DNA from: Azolla caroliniana
Lineage: Eukaryota; Plantae; Polypodiophyta
Direction: 5' to 3'
Assembly (NCBI GenBank): GCA_043228905.1
Contig: JBHGNT010000010.1
Span: 16,864,001 to 16,928,000, forward strand
Length of the DNA: 64,000 nucleotides
The translations under genes were made by a program, and so were the position numbers. Of this stretch, positions 33,001 through 46,879 are shown in pieces (position 1 is the stretch's first letter; each line of letters opens with the position of its first letter). The notes beneath the pieces are model-generated. The model made no database searches. It saw only the letters and a program-made list of their open reading frames with translations, and was not told the origin of the DNA.

Positions 33001-34700
33001 GCTTCTTTAATATACAACATGAGCAACATAATATATTAACTCCAGCCAACTTTATGGTTGATATTAGTTTCTTCAAAATGTTGAACAACCTTATTGATTT
33101 TTTTTGCCACTGATATCTGAGCACAAAGATCCGTTTTTGTTGTAGTGCCACATTCTGTTTAAGATGGATGTGGATAAGTTTTAATTTATCATGATCAGAT
33201 TAATGTGGATTAGTTTTAATGTATAAAATTTAGATGAACTTAGATTAGATGGATGTGAATGAGTTGTAATTTTTTTATGATTAGATTAATGTGGATTAGT
33301 TTTTTCTTTTTCCAAAAAATTGTGGATTAGCTTTAATATCTAGCTTTTTAATTGCATTTAGATCTTACAAAATCGCTCTATCTGGAGGCTCATCATTGGC
33401 TATATTGACACACTTGTGCTCAACTGATATTCTAATTCAAGTTATAGGGCAGTTCATAAAGTTGCAATACAACCAGGATGCTAAGGATACATAAATGCTC
33501 TAGATGGCTTTAGAGATAGGGAAAGAGAGATGCCCACTGTATTTATGTGCAGCCACACGCTAGTTAAATAGGTGCAGAATTTCGCCCATTGTTTTAGCTA
33601 CTCACTGTCAGTATTGCCTCTATACAAAGAAGTTGAAAGTTTGATTTTTACATGAATGGGGTTCACTGCTTGGTTTTACCGGTTTCCGTTGCCACTCCAT
33701 CTGTGATTATTCCAGCTCTATTGTCCCTTTCATTATGCCATCGCTCGTCAAAAGAAATTCTTTGGAATGTATTCTTGGCTTCCTTTATCATTCCATCTGT
33801 AATTATTCCAGCTCTATTGCAACTTTCATTAAAGCTTTCGCTCCTCAAAACAATTTCTTTGAAATGATATTTTGGATGCTCATTTCCAGCGTCTTTTCCA
33901 ACCTCTTGGTTTACTTGATTAATTGAAAAACACTTTGGAAGTTTCTCACTATGCTGTAGGTGATACCCTCTTTCAAGATAGAAAACCCCTTGATTTATTA
34001 AGGAAAAAAAAGGTTACCCCAATCATGGATGCATTGCCTTTTTATCTTTCTAAATTTTTAGTGATGACTGATCACCAACAACTATAATACGATTTGATCA
34101 ACAAAAATTGATTTACAACTTTGTTGTGCTGTACGTTTTCATTAGGGCTCAATGAACATTTCTTGAATGCATAGGTTAGGATACATGAGCTTATTTGCCT
34201 AAGTTCAAGGAAGGTCTCATCTGATATTTTTCTCAAATCTGAGGTAATGGCCTCCATGAAGATTTTTTTTTGAGTGTTACCCTATTTGTATCTTTTCTTG
34301 GTTCTTGCTATTTTGCATCCAAATCTCCACTTTCTCTTGCAACAAGGTTATGACTGTTCCTTGAAGGTGCACCCTGTCATGTCCCAATGTATCTATGTAC
34401 GTTTTCAAATGCTCTCCACCCATCCATTGGTTGTGAAGTTCATGATAATGCATGAACCTAGTGCATCATCAAATCATACCCTTATCTCTGGCCTCCTTTT
34501 AATCATGTTTAATTACTGATGTGGTTTATGTCCTGTTCCTGATCGCATTGAGAACTGAGCACATGACAACATTTCGTTGTAAACAGCCCCCCTAAATATA
34601 TTCATTTCAGAAGGATTTGGCTGATTTTTTAATTATTGGAGATGGTACAGGATATTTTTGTAACATTATCGTAGGTCAAATGTTTGTTGCATTTTCGCAG

Positions 34701-37113
34701 ATGTACGCAGTTTCAATGGCTTGCTTGGCAGCAACTACTCAACCCTTCATATGGAAAGATGGAGCAATCAAGCAAGAAAATTGGGGCTTTTTACAACTTT
34801 CTGCCCAACGAAGGAAGCAGAAAACAAAACATATTTCGGCAGCCATCTTGCCTGACACTGGAAGAATGGAATTGGTATCCGATGTGAAGGTTTGTGGGGT
34901 TACTAATGTGAAAGATGCTGTTGTTGCTGCTCAATTAGGTGCTAGGTATATTGGAATGATATTGTGGCCAAAGTCAAAAAGATCCGTCAGTATAGATACT
35001 GCTAAAGCTATTTCAAATGCTGCTAGAGTGCATAATGCAGAGCCTGTTGGTGTCTTTGTTGATGAGGATGCGGAAACAATCCAGCAACATTGTGTCTCGG
35101 CAAACATTGATATTGCACAGGTAAATGAAAGAAGATGGCAATGGATTTTTTTATCCTTGTCTGTAATTAAATTCTCCATATACATGCTACATGTATGATC
35201 TTTGGGATGGATTGATCAAGTGGGCACTAGAGAGAGGAAGTATGTTAATATACTTGGATGGCCTAAAATGATCTATCTGAAAATAATTAATGATTATGAA
35301 GGGAAGGTTTGGGCTGAAAATTTGTCGTTTTTACTTGTCAATCATACAGCAAACACATGGTACAGAAGTACACAAGAAGTAATGTTATAGACACCTTGGA
35401 AATAATTGTTTCTTTATAGAATTTCCCCATAAAGGACTAAGTTCTGTATAGGGGAGGGGTTGATGATTTCCAATCAATGATGGATGTCTGTGAAAGTGTT
35501 TCATAAAGTGATATTTAAAGGTATCTATGTTCTCAACCATAAGATTGCTTAAGCAGTTATACTCGCTGATTTATTTTTGAATTTTGAAATGGTTCGGAGA
35601 GATTTTAGCATGGCATAATCCTTTTTACTTTTCTGTTTTTAGAAACATGGAAGTAGCAGACTGAAAACTATCTTAAAAAATCCAACTATGCTGTCCTTAA
35701 GATAGTATTTGGTCTACTCATACATATATTTATGTTGTCATATATACTTGGATGGCAGGCCTTTGAGCTTTAAGCCTTCAGAGCTAGCTTCTGAAACTAC
35801 CTAATCCCAGAAGCGTATAAATTTGCATTGAAAAATGGCGGTTTTTGACTACTGAAAAGATGAAACCCTCGCTTCCAGATATTAACTACACATCGTTCAG
35901 TTTTCATGAAAGAAACACTGAACTCACTTATGCCCAAACAAAAATCCATTTTTTGTATGAATTTTCCCTTGAGTTGAGATTGAAATTCGTACGGAAATTA
36001 GCATTTGAACTGTGAATGCTAGAAGTACCTGTCAGAAAATACTCATGTTGGGAAGCACATCAAAACAGTACAAGGCTAATAACGTACAGAGCCTGCAACA
36101 TTTATTAATTCTCACAATAGCTAGTTCCTTTTTACTATTCTCTAGCAGTGTGATATGTTGATATCTCTTCTACAGAAGAGGATTTGTTTTAGCATTCTTG
36201 GAGTTATCTATGTCATTGCATCATCTACTCTCTCGTTTAAAATCTCAGTAGGTTTAAGTGCATTTATTATTAAATCAATGCTAAAAGTCAACCTATTATT
36301 TTGTTATTTATATGCATAGGTGCTGGATATTTCACACACATCTTGGACTCTTGCTTACACATGTCAACTAATCAATGCACTTTTTGGTATATTAATTTTC
36401 AGCTCCATGGAGAAGGGGCACGCTCATCATTTGCAAAGCTGCCCTCACATTTAAGAAAGATCTATGTTCTAAATGTGGATACAGATGGCATCATTCAGAC
36501 CATATTCCCAGACGCACAGGACGAAATTGATTGGTTTCTACTGGACAGCTTACAAGGAGGCAGGTATATTTTATGGACATTGATAGAACCCAAAGTTATT
36601 TATGGAAAAAAACACCAAAATATCCCAAACTAGCTGGATATTTTTAACAGAATATCCCTAAGTTTTCAAAATCTACCATTTCTACGACAGATGTTACTAC
36701 TATGAGGGGTATTCTGGTAAATGAAACTTAATAGTATTTGGTTGTTCTGTCGGCGTATTTCAATGTTTTACCCTTTTGTTTATTTCATTGGAAATGTCTC
36801 TTTTATAGGAGTGAAAAATTGCTGCTTTATGTTTTAAAATTGTGGGTGTTTTGGCTATGTGTTTCTTGACAGTGGGCATACATTCAATTGGAATAAAACT
36901 AAAGATTTGTCGTTAAATAGCAAGTCAGGATGGTTTTTAGCAGGTGGTTTGAATCCAGAGAATGTTGCCATGGCAATTTCTATACTCCAACCTGATGTTG
37001 TGGATGTTTCTAGTGGAGTGACAATGCCAGATGGCATTCATAAAGATCCGGCTCGTATTTCAGCTTTCATAAACGCTGCAAAAGGCTGCAATCAGAGAAT
37101 GCCATTGTCATAA
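34701..37113 (+). CDS. PAI: Phosphoribosylanthranilate isomerase (TrpF family), plastid-targeted; exons 34701-35120, 36403-36563, 36873-37113
   Basis: Motifs VKVCGVT, VGVFVDE, AQ|LHG, LLDSLQGGS|GHTFNW, FLAGGLNPENV and VDVSSGV, with canonical in-phase splice sites. Confidence 0.95.
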
Positions 37114-38687
37114 GGCATGCTTCATCTTGTAGTAAAATATATGGGTTGTACAGTTTGAGTTCACGATTTTATTATGTGAATTGGCTAATGCCACGTCCAA
37201 TTCATGAGGCTCAATAACATGCATAGATATCCCATTGAGAGGAGCCAATGCAAATCCTTTGGGGTAGCCAATTATATGCTATACCTTTTATTGGATTACA
37301 AGGAATATTGGAGACTTTCATGTCTTCTTATTTAGAGGGTGAGCTACAGGACTGTACAATAAAATGTTTGGCTGATCGATATTATCTTCATGATTCTTTT
37401 GGTTCACCTATGTATCTAGTGCCTTCTGCAAGCAAGATTTTGAAATGCAGAACTGTTGCAAATTCATGATATATATAACATATATGTTTTATGTAACCAA
37501 GTGATTCTTTGATATTAATATTTGCAAATATACATTGTAGGTGTTTTTGGTCAACTTGACACTAATGTGCACAAGTAGTTCATAAATATCGAGTTTGAGA
37601 AGATCTAATTGTTATTAGGACCTATTTTATAGCCCAAAAGGGGTTTGAGATCAAATATGACCATGACATAAGTCTGCAATGAAGTATCCATTAAATTTAT
37701 GAATCCAAAAATACCAAATCAGGAATAAATATAAATTCAAATTTTGATTTGAAGTAATTGATGATTCCATATCCTTCCTAGGTAAGAATTGTTATTTTTT
37801 AAATAATAAAGTTTAACCTTGTATTTCTTATTGCAAGGAAAGGGTATATCAAGAAAATAAATCAAATAACTTAGGCTTGACATAAAAAAGTTAGAATTAA
37901 TGTAAAATAATTTGGATTTAATGTCAAATAATTCAGAATTAACACCAAATAAACTTGATATACAAAAGTAGTATTCTGTCCCAAAAATACCTTCACCTAT
38001 TATGATGATATAATTTAGGTGCAAAGAGTGAAGAGTGATTGATTGGTGCGACTATTTGTGCTTTAAATGGAGGTTTGATTCACAGGCGATAAGTTCAAAA
38101 ATGTGTGCACCTATCGAATCATGTTTTGTAACGCTTTAAAACACAAGCATATTATCTTTAGGCACATGAGATCCCACATGTACTAAACCCTTGTTCATTG
38201 GTTTGTGCGAGAGGTCTAAAGTTTGTTTACACTTTACACTCTATATTGTCTAACGTTTGTGGTCATTCAGGAACGTTCAAATGGTGGTTGTTTGATCACC
38301 TAATTGATGATACTATCATCCTCATGAATCTAGAGAAGAATGGACAAATGTAAATGAAGACAAGCAAATGAAGAAATAAATGAGGTAATAAGGATAATAC
38401 TATCTATTTGTCTTGATTGCCAATACATTTACTCATTCTAAAGTGAATCTGACCCCAAAAAAATGGTGGATGTGATTATGGCAAGTCATTCTATTCCCTA
38501 ACATTGAGCCATTTTGGTTAATGAAGATAAATTGCATGTATTAGCCATGCCAATACAACATATATATATATATATATATATAAAATCAAAACTTATCCGT
38601 GTGATATTTTGTACATTATTAGTGTCCTTCGATATGTTTGTTGTAAGCTTGATGTTTCCTCCTTGTTATTGGAGGATAAACTCATGC

Positions 38688-38770
<83 letters not shown>
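38688..38770. repeat. Compound (AT)n(GA)n microsatellite
   Basis: Read directly. Confidence 0.95.
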
Positions 38771-38775
<5 letters not shown>

Positions 38776-39465
38776 CGAGTCTCTTGGATGGTTATCATCT
38801 AAGGCTAAAGAAGAATGGGGAATACACAAATCCGATCATGGGTGGTGGCAGATCTTACAACAGAGTTGCCATTCTAAATTGCCACTTGTAGCAAAGGTCT
38901 TCATTTGGAGAGTTTTGATTGGGGGATTGCCTTTGGGATTAGCTCTAAAGCGTCGTGGACTAGCAACGGGGAATTGCTTCTTCTACACTGTTCAAATGGA
39001 AGATAGTACTCATCAATTTATACAATGTCCGATTGCTTGTTAGATTTGGAATTACATTTCTCAAATTTGGCAAGTCTTATCACGGTGTTATTTGACACCT
39101 AAATTGTGGGTGTTTGCACAATTTACACATGTTGACCCAAAATCAGAGATGGAGATTGTTTTTCTATTTTTGAGATATTGGGGATTGCGTGATAATTGGA
39201 ATATGCGCAACACTTTTGTATTCGATGGTAGACATGGAGTGAAAACATATCTACGAAAGTTGAAGGGAGTACTAATGTGACAATTTTCTTTATTGGAGCA
39301 AGTGGAAATTCTTTCCTCAGTGGAGTGTTCGTCTTGCCTATTGGCAATTCAACATGTTCCACTACCCATGTAGTGTAGTTAGTGGGTGACCATACTCCAT
39401 TGTCACACCCAGTGTAAGTAATGTTTTTTACACACATTTATTAATATAATTGTGTGTTTTCACCA
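38771..39465 (+). mobile_element. 5'-truncated LINE (L1-like) 3' fragment with decayed zf-RVT region, flanked by (GA)n
   Basis: HSKLPLVAKVFIWRVLIGGLP...C.F...EDSTHQFIQCPIA and W...NWNMRN.FVF are typical of plant LINE ORF2 C-termini. Confidence 0.8.
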
Positions 39466-40374
39466 AGAGAGAGAGAGAGAGCTTCACTTAAGTTGTCTAT
39501 GAAAACAAAATGAAGACAAGATGTTTTGTACCCATGGGGGCATACAGATTGAATTAACAAAAAGAGAAGTAAGGATTCACAACATATTAGACATAAAAAG
39601 GATCTATTCTAATAAAAGTAAGCAAAATCATCCAATATGAGATTTCAACAACTTAAGAGGCATAATAAAAGGAAGAAAATTTATGTGACCTTAGTAATCA
39701 ATTTTTATTTAGTAGGAGGTGTATGATGGATGTAGTATGCAGGTGATTTGCATATTGAGGTATTTATCGAACACCTCGAGGGTTCGTAAAAATTTGAATT
39801 GACCAAACAAAGTGAATGGTATACTCCCACAACCTCAATGCCATAGAGAATAATTTGCCCCACGATCATATTTATAAGTCAAAAAAGGTGTAGCTTTTTT
39901 TCAGAAATAGACCACATCACGACTAGACATCTTAATTGACACAAATTCACAACAATGTGTTGATTTTGATTGAAATATGGTGCATTCATCTCGATATGCT
40001 CCCATTGCTACGTTTTATATGAGGAAATGTTTTATTTCCAGAAATGATAGAATGTTATGATGTTTGTTATACACTATTTTTTTGCACATGCATCTATCAA
40101 GGTCTCATATTATGTGATGCACTATGTAACAAGGTGTTTCACATGAAAATAAGTTAATACGTTCCGAGAGCTACTCGAAATTTGTATTTTTCAATGCAGC
40201 TCCAATTATATGTCGAATTTGAATGATATTGGGAGATCATATGTCATTGTTTCTTTTTTATGACAACAAGTCCACGTTTTCAATTTAATACAAAAACAAG
40301 AAGAAGATGCAATGATGGAATATCGGCTTTAGAATCTTTATATGAGCTCCTTGTATGCATATGATTACATGATT

Positions 40375-40420
<46 letters not shown>

Positions 40421-41086
40421 CAAATGCAAGCTTTGTATGCACATGAATTAGTGGTAACCATTGCTCCTAAACTCGAGGATAAGTTGACATTTTACGTGGG
40501 GTACATGCATGGAATTGGATAATCCTCAAACGTGGGGTGTATATATAATCACACAAGAAATACATAGGACTTGCCTTCACATTATTTGCAACAGGAGCAG
40601 CTCAATTATGCAATGGAATGTATTGCTTGCGAGTTATTTACGAAACACAAGTTGAATATATGATATTTGCATATGGATATCATAGAGGTCTTCACATGAT
40701 AGTTTGGTTTGGCATGACAAGTGTATGCCTTTTTCTCGAGGATATGGGGGTGGGTTCTAGAGATGACAATTTCATCATCCTTTGTTTGAAGGTCGAGAAT
40801 CGATGGCGGGTACGTTGGCAAAGACTACCATCACCTGTTCCAAATCCACAGTGCGCACTCTCACACACGTTAGGAAGCATCAAATGCTTTGTTCACACTA
40901 TCGGATCGAGAAATCGGGATGCTAGCGGAGCCAGAGCCGAGTTGGTTATCGAACGACCATTCAGTGTCATGAGAGATGAAACCTGAGGCGAATCGAACGC
41001 ACAAGGACATTGCGATGTTTCGGCAGCCCGACAGAAAAAAAGATAGAAAATAAAAAAAATAAATAAAAAAAACAATAAAAGTAGAA

Positions 41087-41193
41087 ATGAAAATGAAAAT
41101 GAAATTAAAAATGAAAATGAAAATGAAAATGAAAATGAAAATGAAAATAAAAATGAAAATAAAAATAAAAATGAAAATGAAAATAAAAATAAA
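41087..41193. repeat. (ATGAAA/ATAAAA)n hexamer microsatellite upstream of the BT1-like gene
   Basis: Read directly. Confidence 0.9.
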
Positions 41194-41451
41194 AAGGAAT
41201 AATTGTCATCATCATCATCTGCTTCTCATCTCATCCTCTTCTTCTCCTTTCTCTTCTCTCTCTCACACACACTTACACTCACACTCACACTTCCCTTCTT
41301 CTTCTTTTTCTTCTTTTTTTCCTCCTTTTGGGTTCTTCCCTTCTCTGTGTGATTGTGATTGTGATTGTGTGTGTGTGGGTGTGTGTTTTGCTTGGGATTG
41401 ATAGATTCTTTTGGATTTACCCTAAATTTGTTCTGCTCTGCAACCTTTGCC

Positions 41452-44400
41452 ATGGCTAAGAAGCTCACACACCAAAACACATTCTCCTTCACCTTCTCAG
41501 CTTCACCACAATCACAACCACACTTATCATCGCCATCGCCATCGCCATCATCATCATCATCATCTTCTTCCTCTTCTTCTTCTCCTCCTCCTCCCTTTTC
41601 ATGCCCACCTTCTCTATCTTCAAATGCTTGCATACGACAGAAGCAGAAGGAAACGCGGCAGCTCATCGCAGAAAAGCTCCCTTTTGCCTCCTTCTCTCGG
41701 TCCCGGAATATTCTGTCGCAGCAACAGAGTATCCCTGCCCTGAGCGGCAAAGATTCCATCTCTGAATTCGGGTTCAAGACGCTGTTCTACCAAGCTTTTG
41801 AGGACGTCTCGGAAGATTCGATTCCTGAGGGAAGTGACGACGGAGTGCAGAAATGGCATAAAACAAGAGATAAGAGACAAAAACGCATACAAGGAAGAAT
41901 TCAAGAAGGAATGGGTTTGGAAGAAGTAGCAGAGGAGGGATCAAGAGCATGGACAAGAGGGAAGAAGAGGTTCTCCATCAAATTGGTTCACTTGAGGGTA
42001 GGAAATGCTTCGCTAAAGAGGCTACTGAGTGGCGCATTGTCAGGTGCTGTCTCGAGGACGGCGGTTGCACCCCTAGAGACAATCCGGACCCATCTCATGG
42101 TTGGTACTTGCGGACACACGTTCCCTGAGGTCTTCCATCACATCATGCATACCGAAGGTTGGAGGGGTCTCTTCCGTGGCAATGGTGTCAATGTCATCCG
42201 TGTTGCCCCTAGCAAAGCTATTGAGGTTTGAGCCAGCCTCTCTCTCATTTTTTGTCCTTCTTCTTCTTTAATTTTTTTTTTTTTTTGTTTTTCCCTTGGA
42301 ATTTTCTTATCTTTAGTTTTGTTGTTGATTTTATTTAATTATATGTTGTTATATTGGTCTAAAGTTTCTTAGAGTTTTTCATGATTCCTTTTCTTTAATT
42401 TCCTATTGTTTTTTTCTTAGTTATTGTTGTAATTTTGACTTCAGTTGTCTTAATTTGTTTCATTAACTTTATTTTAGACATCCTAGAGGTGAAGCTATTG
42501 AGATTTGAGCGCTCAATTTTCTTTTCCTTTTTCTTAATTTGGACTTGATTATGTGTTGTTTTTGTGTAACTCAGCTTTTAAACATGCTAGAAGTATAGCT
42601 ATTAATGCTTGTGGTATGAGAAAAAAAACACTTAATATTTGATCATCTTCATACGTAGATGTGCTAGATGTTCCTGGACAATCTTGTCTGAATGTTTTAT
42701 TTTTTGTTGGCTTAAGCTCATGCATAAGAAACAATGGTGTACATATTGTGTAATCGCCACTGGATGTAATGTTCATGAATAAGCTTAAGAAAAGGATAAC
42801 AATAACATACTAGCCTCGCCTCTGAACTTCCTCATACCATGTTTTATATCCATGAAGGTGTACAGAAGGATGGGGCTCACTTATAATTCTTACGCTCAAC
42901 TGCACATAAAGCATCCTAATGGTTCTCGTTATGCTATTAGCATCTTAATCTGAGGAGCAAAACTTATACTCAATTGGGTTGTTGACTACCTCTGTTTGTA
43001 GTATGGCAATTGCTCCAGGTCCAAGTATCTTTTGAAGGAGGTGCTCACCTCTCAGAGCTCTTAATAATAGGTGACCTTGTGAGACTTAATTTACTAACAG
43101 ATGACCATTTGACTTGGGGCAATTAAGTAGATCTAGAAGTAATTTATGTACGTCTTTATTTCAGATAACGTAGACAAAGGCCAGATAAGTATGAATAAGA
43201 TTCGAATATGTTAAATCAAGAAGCAATAATGGAATCTGTTGGATATGTTGGAGAATTGGTTTAAAATCTGTCATAGATCCAGGATGGATTATCAAGGCAG
43301 ATGCTGGTGTTTGGACTAAATGATGTGTGATTCTAGGCATGTTGACGATGATTGAGAGCAGTTAAGGTGCATCAGAGTGAATCAATGAACTGAAGTATCA
43401 AATCTTGGGATATTAAATGGTGGATCCAATTGACTTGAGGTACCATCCACATCACAAAAGTGGTGTGAGCGAACCGTTGGATATGTTGAAGAATTTGGTT
43501 GAAATCTGTTGTAGATTCAATATTGATTATGAAGAAAACCAACATTGGTGCTTGGACTAAATGCTGTGTGATGCCTAGGTATGTTGACAATGATTGAGAA
43601 CAGTTAAGGTTCATAAGTGGGGACTAATGAAACCAACTGAACTGTGAAATCTTGAGATGTGAAACCGGTGGACCCAGTTAAGATGAGGTCAATGTCTAAC
43701 ATTCACATCCGATACTATTTGGCATGCAAATCAGTCCAATGCTGACCAAAAAATAGTGTCACCTGTAAAAGTTGATTTTATATATGAAGGGGTGTTTTTT
43801 AACTCTATAAACAGGACTAGTACAATCCCCAAAACAATGTAGCAAACATCAAACACTCAGGAAAGAAAGAATTGAATATAATAAGTCTAGCAATTTTCCT
43901 CCATGCACAGAGTCACTTACTTCAACAGGAATGAGGGAAGATTTTGCATGTGCATTGTTGTTTTTCTTATTTTTGGTTTCTGTAATTGTAATTCAAACTG
44001 CGAGACATGTCTACGAAGGTAACATATTCGTAGTAACTCAAAATGTGCAGTATGTTGTGAAGTATGGAATGGTCAAATGACCTATAGTATGGCAGGATAT
44101 GAACAAATATTTATGGTTTCACTATCCATATGCCATATACTTATCAGTATAGTATATACCGTGATTAAGCATCCTAATCTTGATACTTGTTTTTATTAAA
44201 GATGATATATTTATGCATATTTGTTTCCAAGAAAGGATTTTCAATGATGAGTCATACATTTTTCAGCTGATTAAGCATTCTAATATGGATAGGTTTTTTT
44301 TATTAAAGATGATATATTCATGCATATTTGTTTCCTAGAAAGGATTAAATGATGATTGGAGTTTTCCCACGTTTGGATTTTGGAATTCCTTGATGGAATT

Positions 44401-46879
44401 CGCATATCATTGTCATTCTGAATTTAATTACTTGTAGTTTGGGGTTCATGATGCTACAAAACCAAGAAAGATAAAAGTATCCCCAAACAAGTATAGTGCA
44501 AACTGTTCCAAAAACTGGTCCACAACATTACTAAATTAGCAAATTAGGAGATTGTCCTCTAGGAATGGATCAGTCTTGTGCCAAACCTGTACATTTACAT
44601 TCTCACTGATAACATCGTTAAATTGCGCATAATGCATATATATACAAAGATGGCCTATTATCCTCCTTTTTCATGTCCCAGATGGTTTTGTTAGTCAAGG
44701 CAAGTGTATGGAGACATGCTCTTTGAACATTGATGCGGCATGTCTGGACATTGTACACATATAGCTTTAGAGGAATGCATCTCTGCCAGATTTGTAGTAG
44801 GATGTTCAATCTGAGGAGCATTCATTATGCATGTCATTGTCCAGTTTATTATCAGATCACAGAAGATATCATTGTCTCTTTAGGAAAGGATTTGGACCTC
44901 AGTGGAGAATGGAGTACAGTATTCAAGGATGCATCGTGCTTTTTCCTTCTAGAGAAAGAGGACACAGAGAGAACCTCTTTAGGGGGTTCCCCATTCAGTG
45001 ATCTACCTCACCAAAGAACTTTGACAGATTTCTTCTGCACAAATACTATAAAGGACATCCTCATAGTGTAAAAGAAAATGTTGCGCAAAGTGAATCCATG
45101 ACAGCCAGAGGCATTTCTCTTTGTCATGGATGTTGCCAATGCCAGTGGAGGGTCCACATTCAAGCATAGCTATGTCAGGATGTAGCTGATGCCAGTCGGA
45201 ACCATAACCCTGATGTGCATGTTTTCATAAGATCAGAGCCACCATCGCACTGAGCTTTCCATATTAGAGTCACCCCATGAAGAATATTTTCAGAGGAGAG
45301 CAATTTCAATTGCAATTATGAGGCACCAAATTAAATTGTTGACTTTTCATGATCACAATTCGATTCAGTTAGTTTACAAGTCAACGTAAATAGTTATAAT
45401 CTTTATCAGGTCTCATAGTTCATTATGGTCTTAGAGACATAAATATATATTTTTTTGTTTCTTTCTTGACTTTGAGATGATTGTTCAATGCCTAATGCAT
45501 TGGTGCAGGATAGATATTCTCTTTAATGTTGGACCCAATCTGGAGAAGACTTTGAGGCTCTATAGGCTCAGTGGAGCCTTAACTCGATGTATTCTCGTTA
45601 TCATATTCCCAAAGGAATATTTTATCTTCTATTTCATCTATTATGCGGCCGAACATTATTAGGCAACTTGGTGATTTTGGTTTTCTCATTTCTAAGTCTG
45701 GTAAGGGATCCTGAAGGTATCATTGAATCCTTGATAATTGTCTCTCCGATAGCTTTTTGTAAAAAACATATTCTGTTGGTATGAGAGTCATTCATTCATT
45801 TTGACAAAAAAGGTGCTATCATCATGCATAGTTTGATTACTTCATCAGCAAGATAATCATTTTAATAGAGTAACAAAGATCGAGATTTTCCTTTTCATTG
45901 TATTACATTTTAATGTGAGATCTCACCTTTTGGTGTATAGAAAGCATTTGCAATACTTTCCTCAAGAATGTGGAGCTTCATTCATATGTCTTAGTTCGAT
46001 GCACACACCTACCAGACATGATTTGTCTTCTGATAACAATCTATCTGTAACTGATTGGTAAAAAAAAAATAGATTACTGTTCCTAATAATATAATGAGAT
46101 GCTCATCATGAAAACGTTTTGCTACAGCTTTTTGCATATGATACCATAAAGAAGGTTCTGGATAAAGCACCGTTTGTGTCATCTCATATACCAGTGCCTA
46201 CTTCTTCTATTGCTGGTGCAGCAGCTGGAATCTGTTCAACCATCTGCACATATCCACTTGAGTTACTAAAAACTCGCTTAACAATCCAAGTAGGCATTAT
46301 CTCTATTTTTTCATCTATGAACATTATCTTGTAAACCGACTAATATACATATATATTATAAATATATGTGTGTATATTTCCATTTTTTTGTATTCCATTT
46401 AGCGTGGCGTATACAAGAACCTCATGGATGCATTTATAAAGATATGTGAAGAAGAGGGTCCAAAAGAGCTGTACAGAGGCCTCACCCCTAGTCTCATTGG
46501 TGTGGTGCCTTATGCGGCGACCAACTACTTTGCATATGATTTTCTAAGGAAACTATACAAGAAGACAACCCATCAAGATCAAGTAGGGAATCTTCCTACA
46601 CTTCTGATTGGTTCAGCCGCGGGAGCTTTTGCTAGTGCCTCAACCTTTCCTCTAGAGGTGGCAAGGAAGCATATGCAAGTCGGTGCTATTTCTGGGAGGC
46701 CAGCTTATGATAGTCTTTTTCATGCACTTTCTAGTATTCTTGAGCAACAAGGGCCTGCTGGCCTTTACCGAGGTCTCTCTGCAAGTTGTTTCAAGCTCAT
46801 ACCAGCTGCGGGTATATCTTTCATGTGCTATGAAGCTTGCAAAAGGATATTGATTGAAGACCATGAAGAGACTTCCTGA
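41452..46879 (+). CDS. BT1: BT1/Brittle-1-like adenine nucleotide transporter (mitochondrial carrier family); exons 41452-42225, 46128-46289, 46403-46879
   Basis: SRTAVAPLETIRTHLMVG, GLFRGNGVNVIRVAPSKAIE|LFAYD, YPLELLKTRLT, FPLEVARKHMQVGA and PAAGISFMCYEACK give three carrier signature motifs. Long Ser-rich N-terminus. Confidence 0.93.

Noticed and set aside
36590-36780. MITE-like AT-rich segments with TACCC/GGGTA words (also near 29790, 47060 and 59340)
   Set aside because: I could not define TIRs or TSDs.
41087-41777. ORFs MKMKMK... and the antisense 183-aa ORF
   Set aside because: They are translations of microsatellites and of the BT1 5' region.
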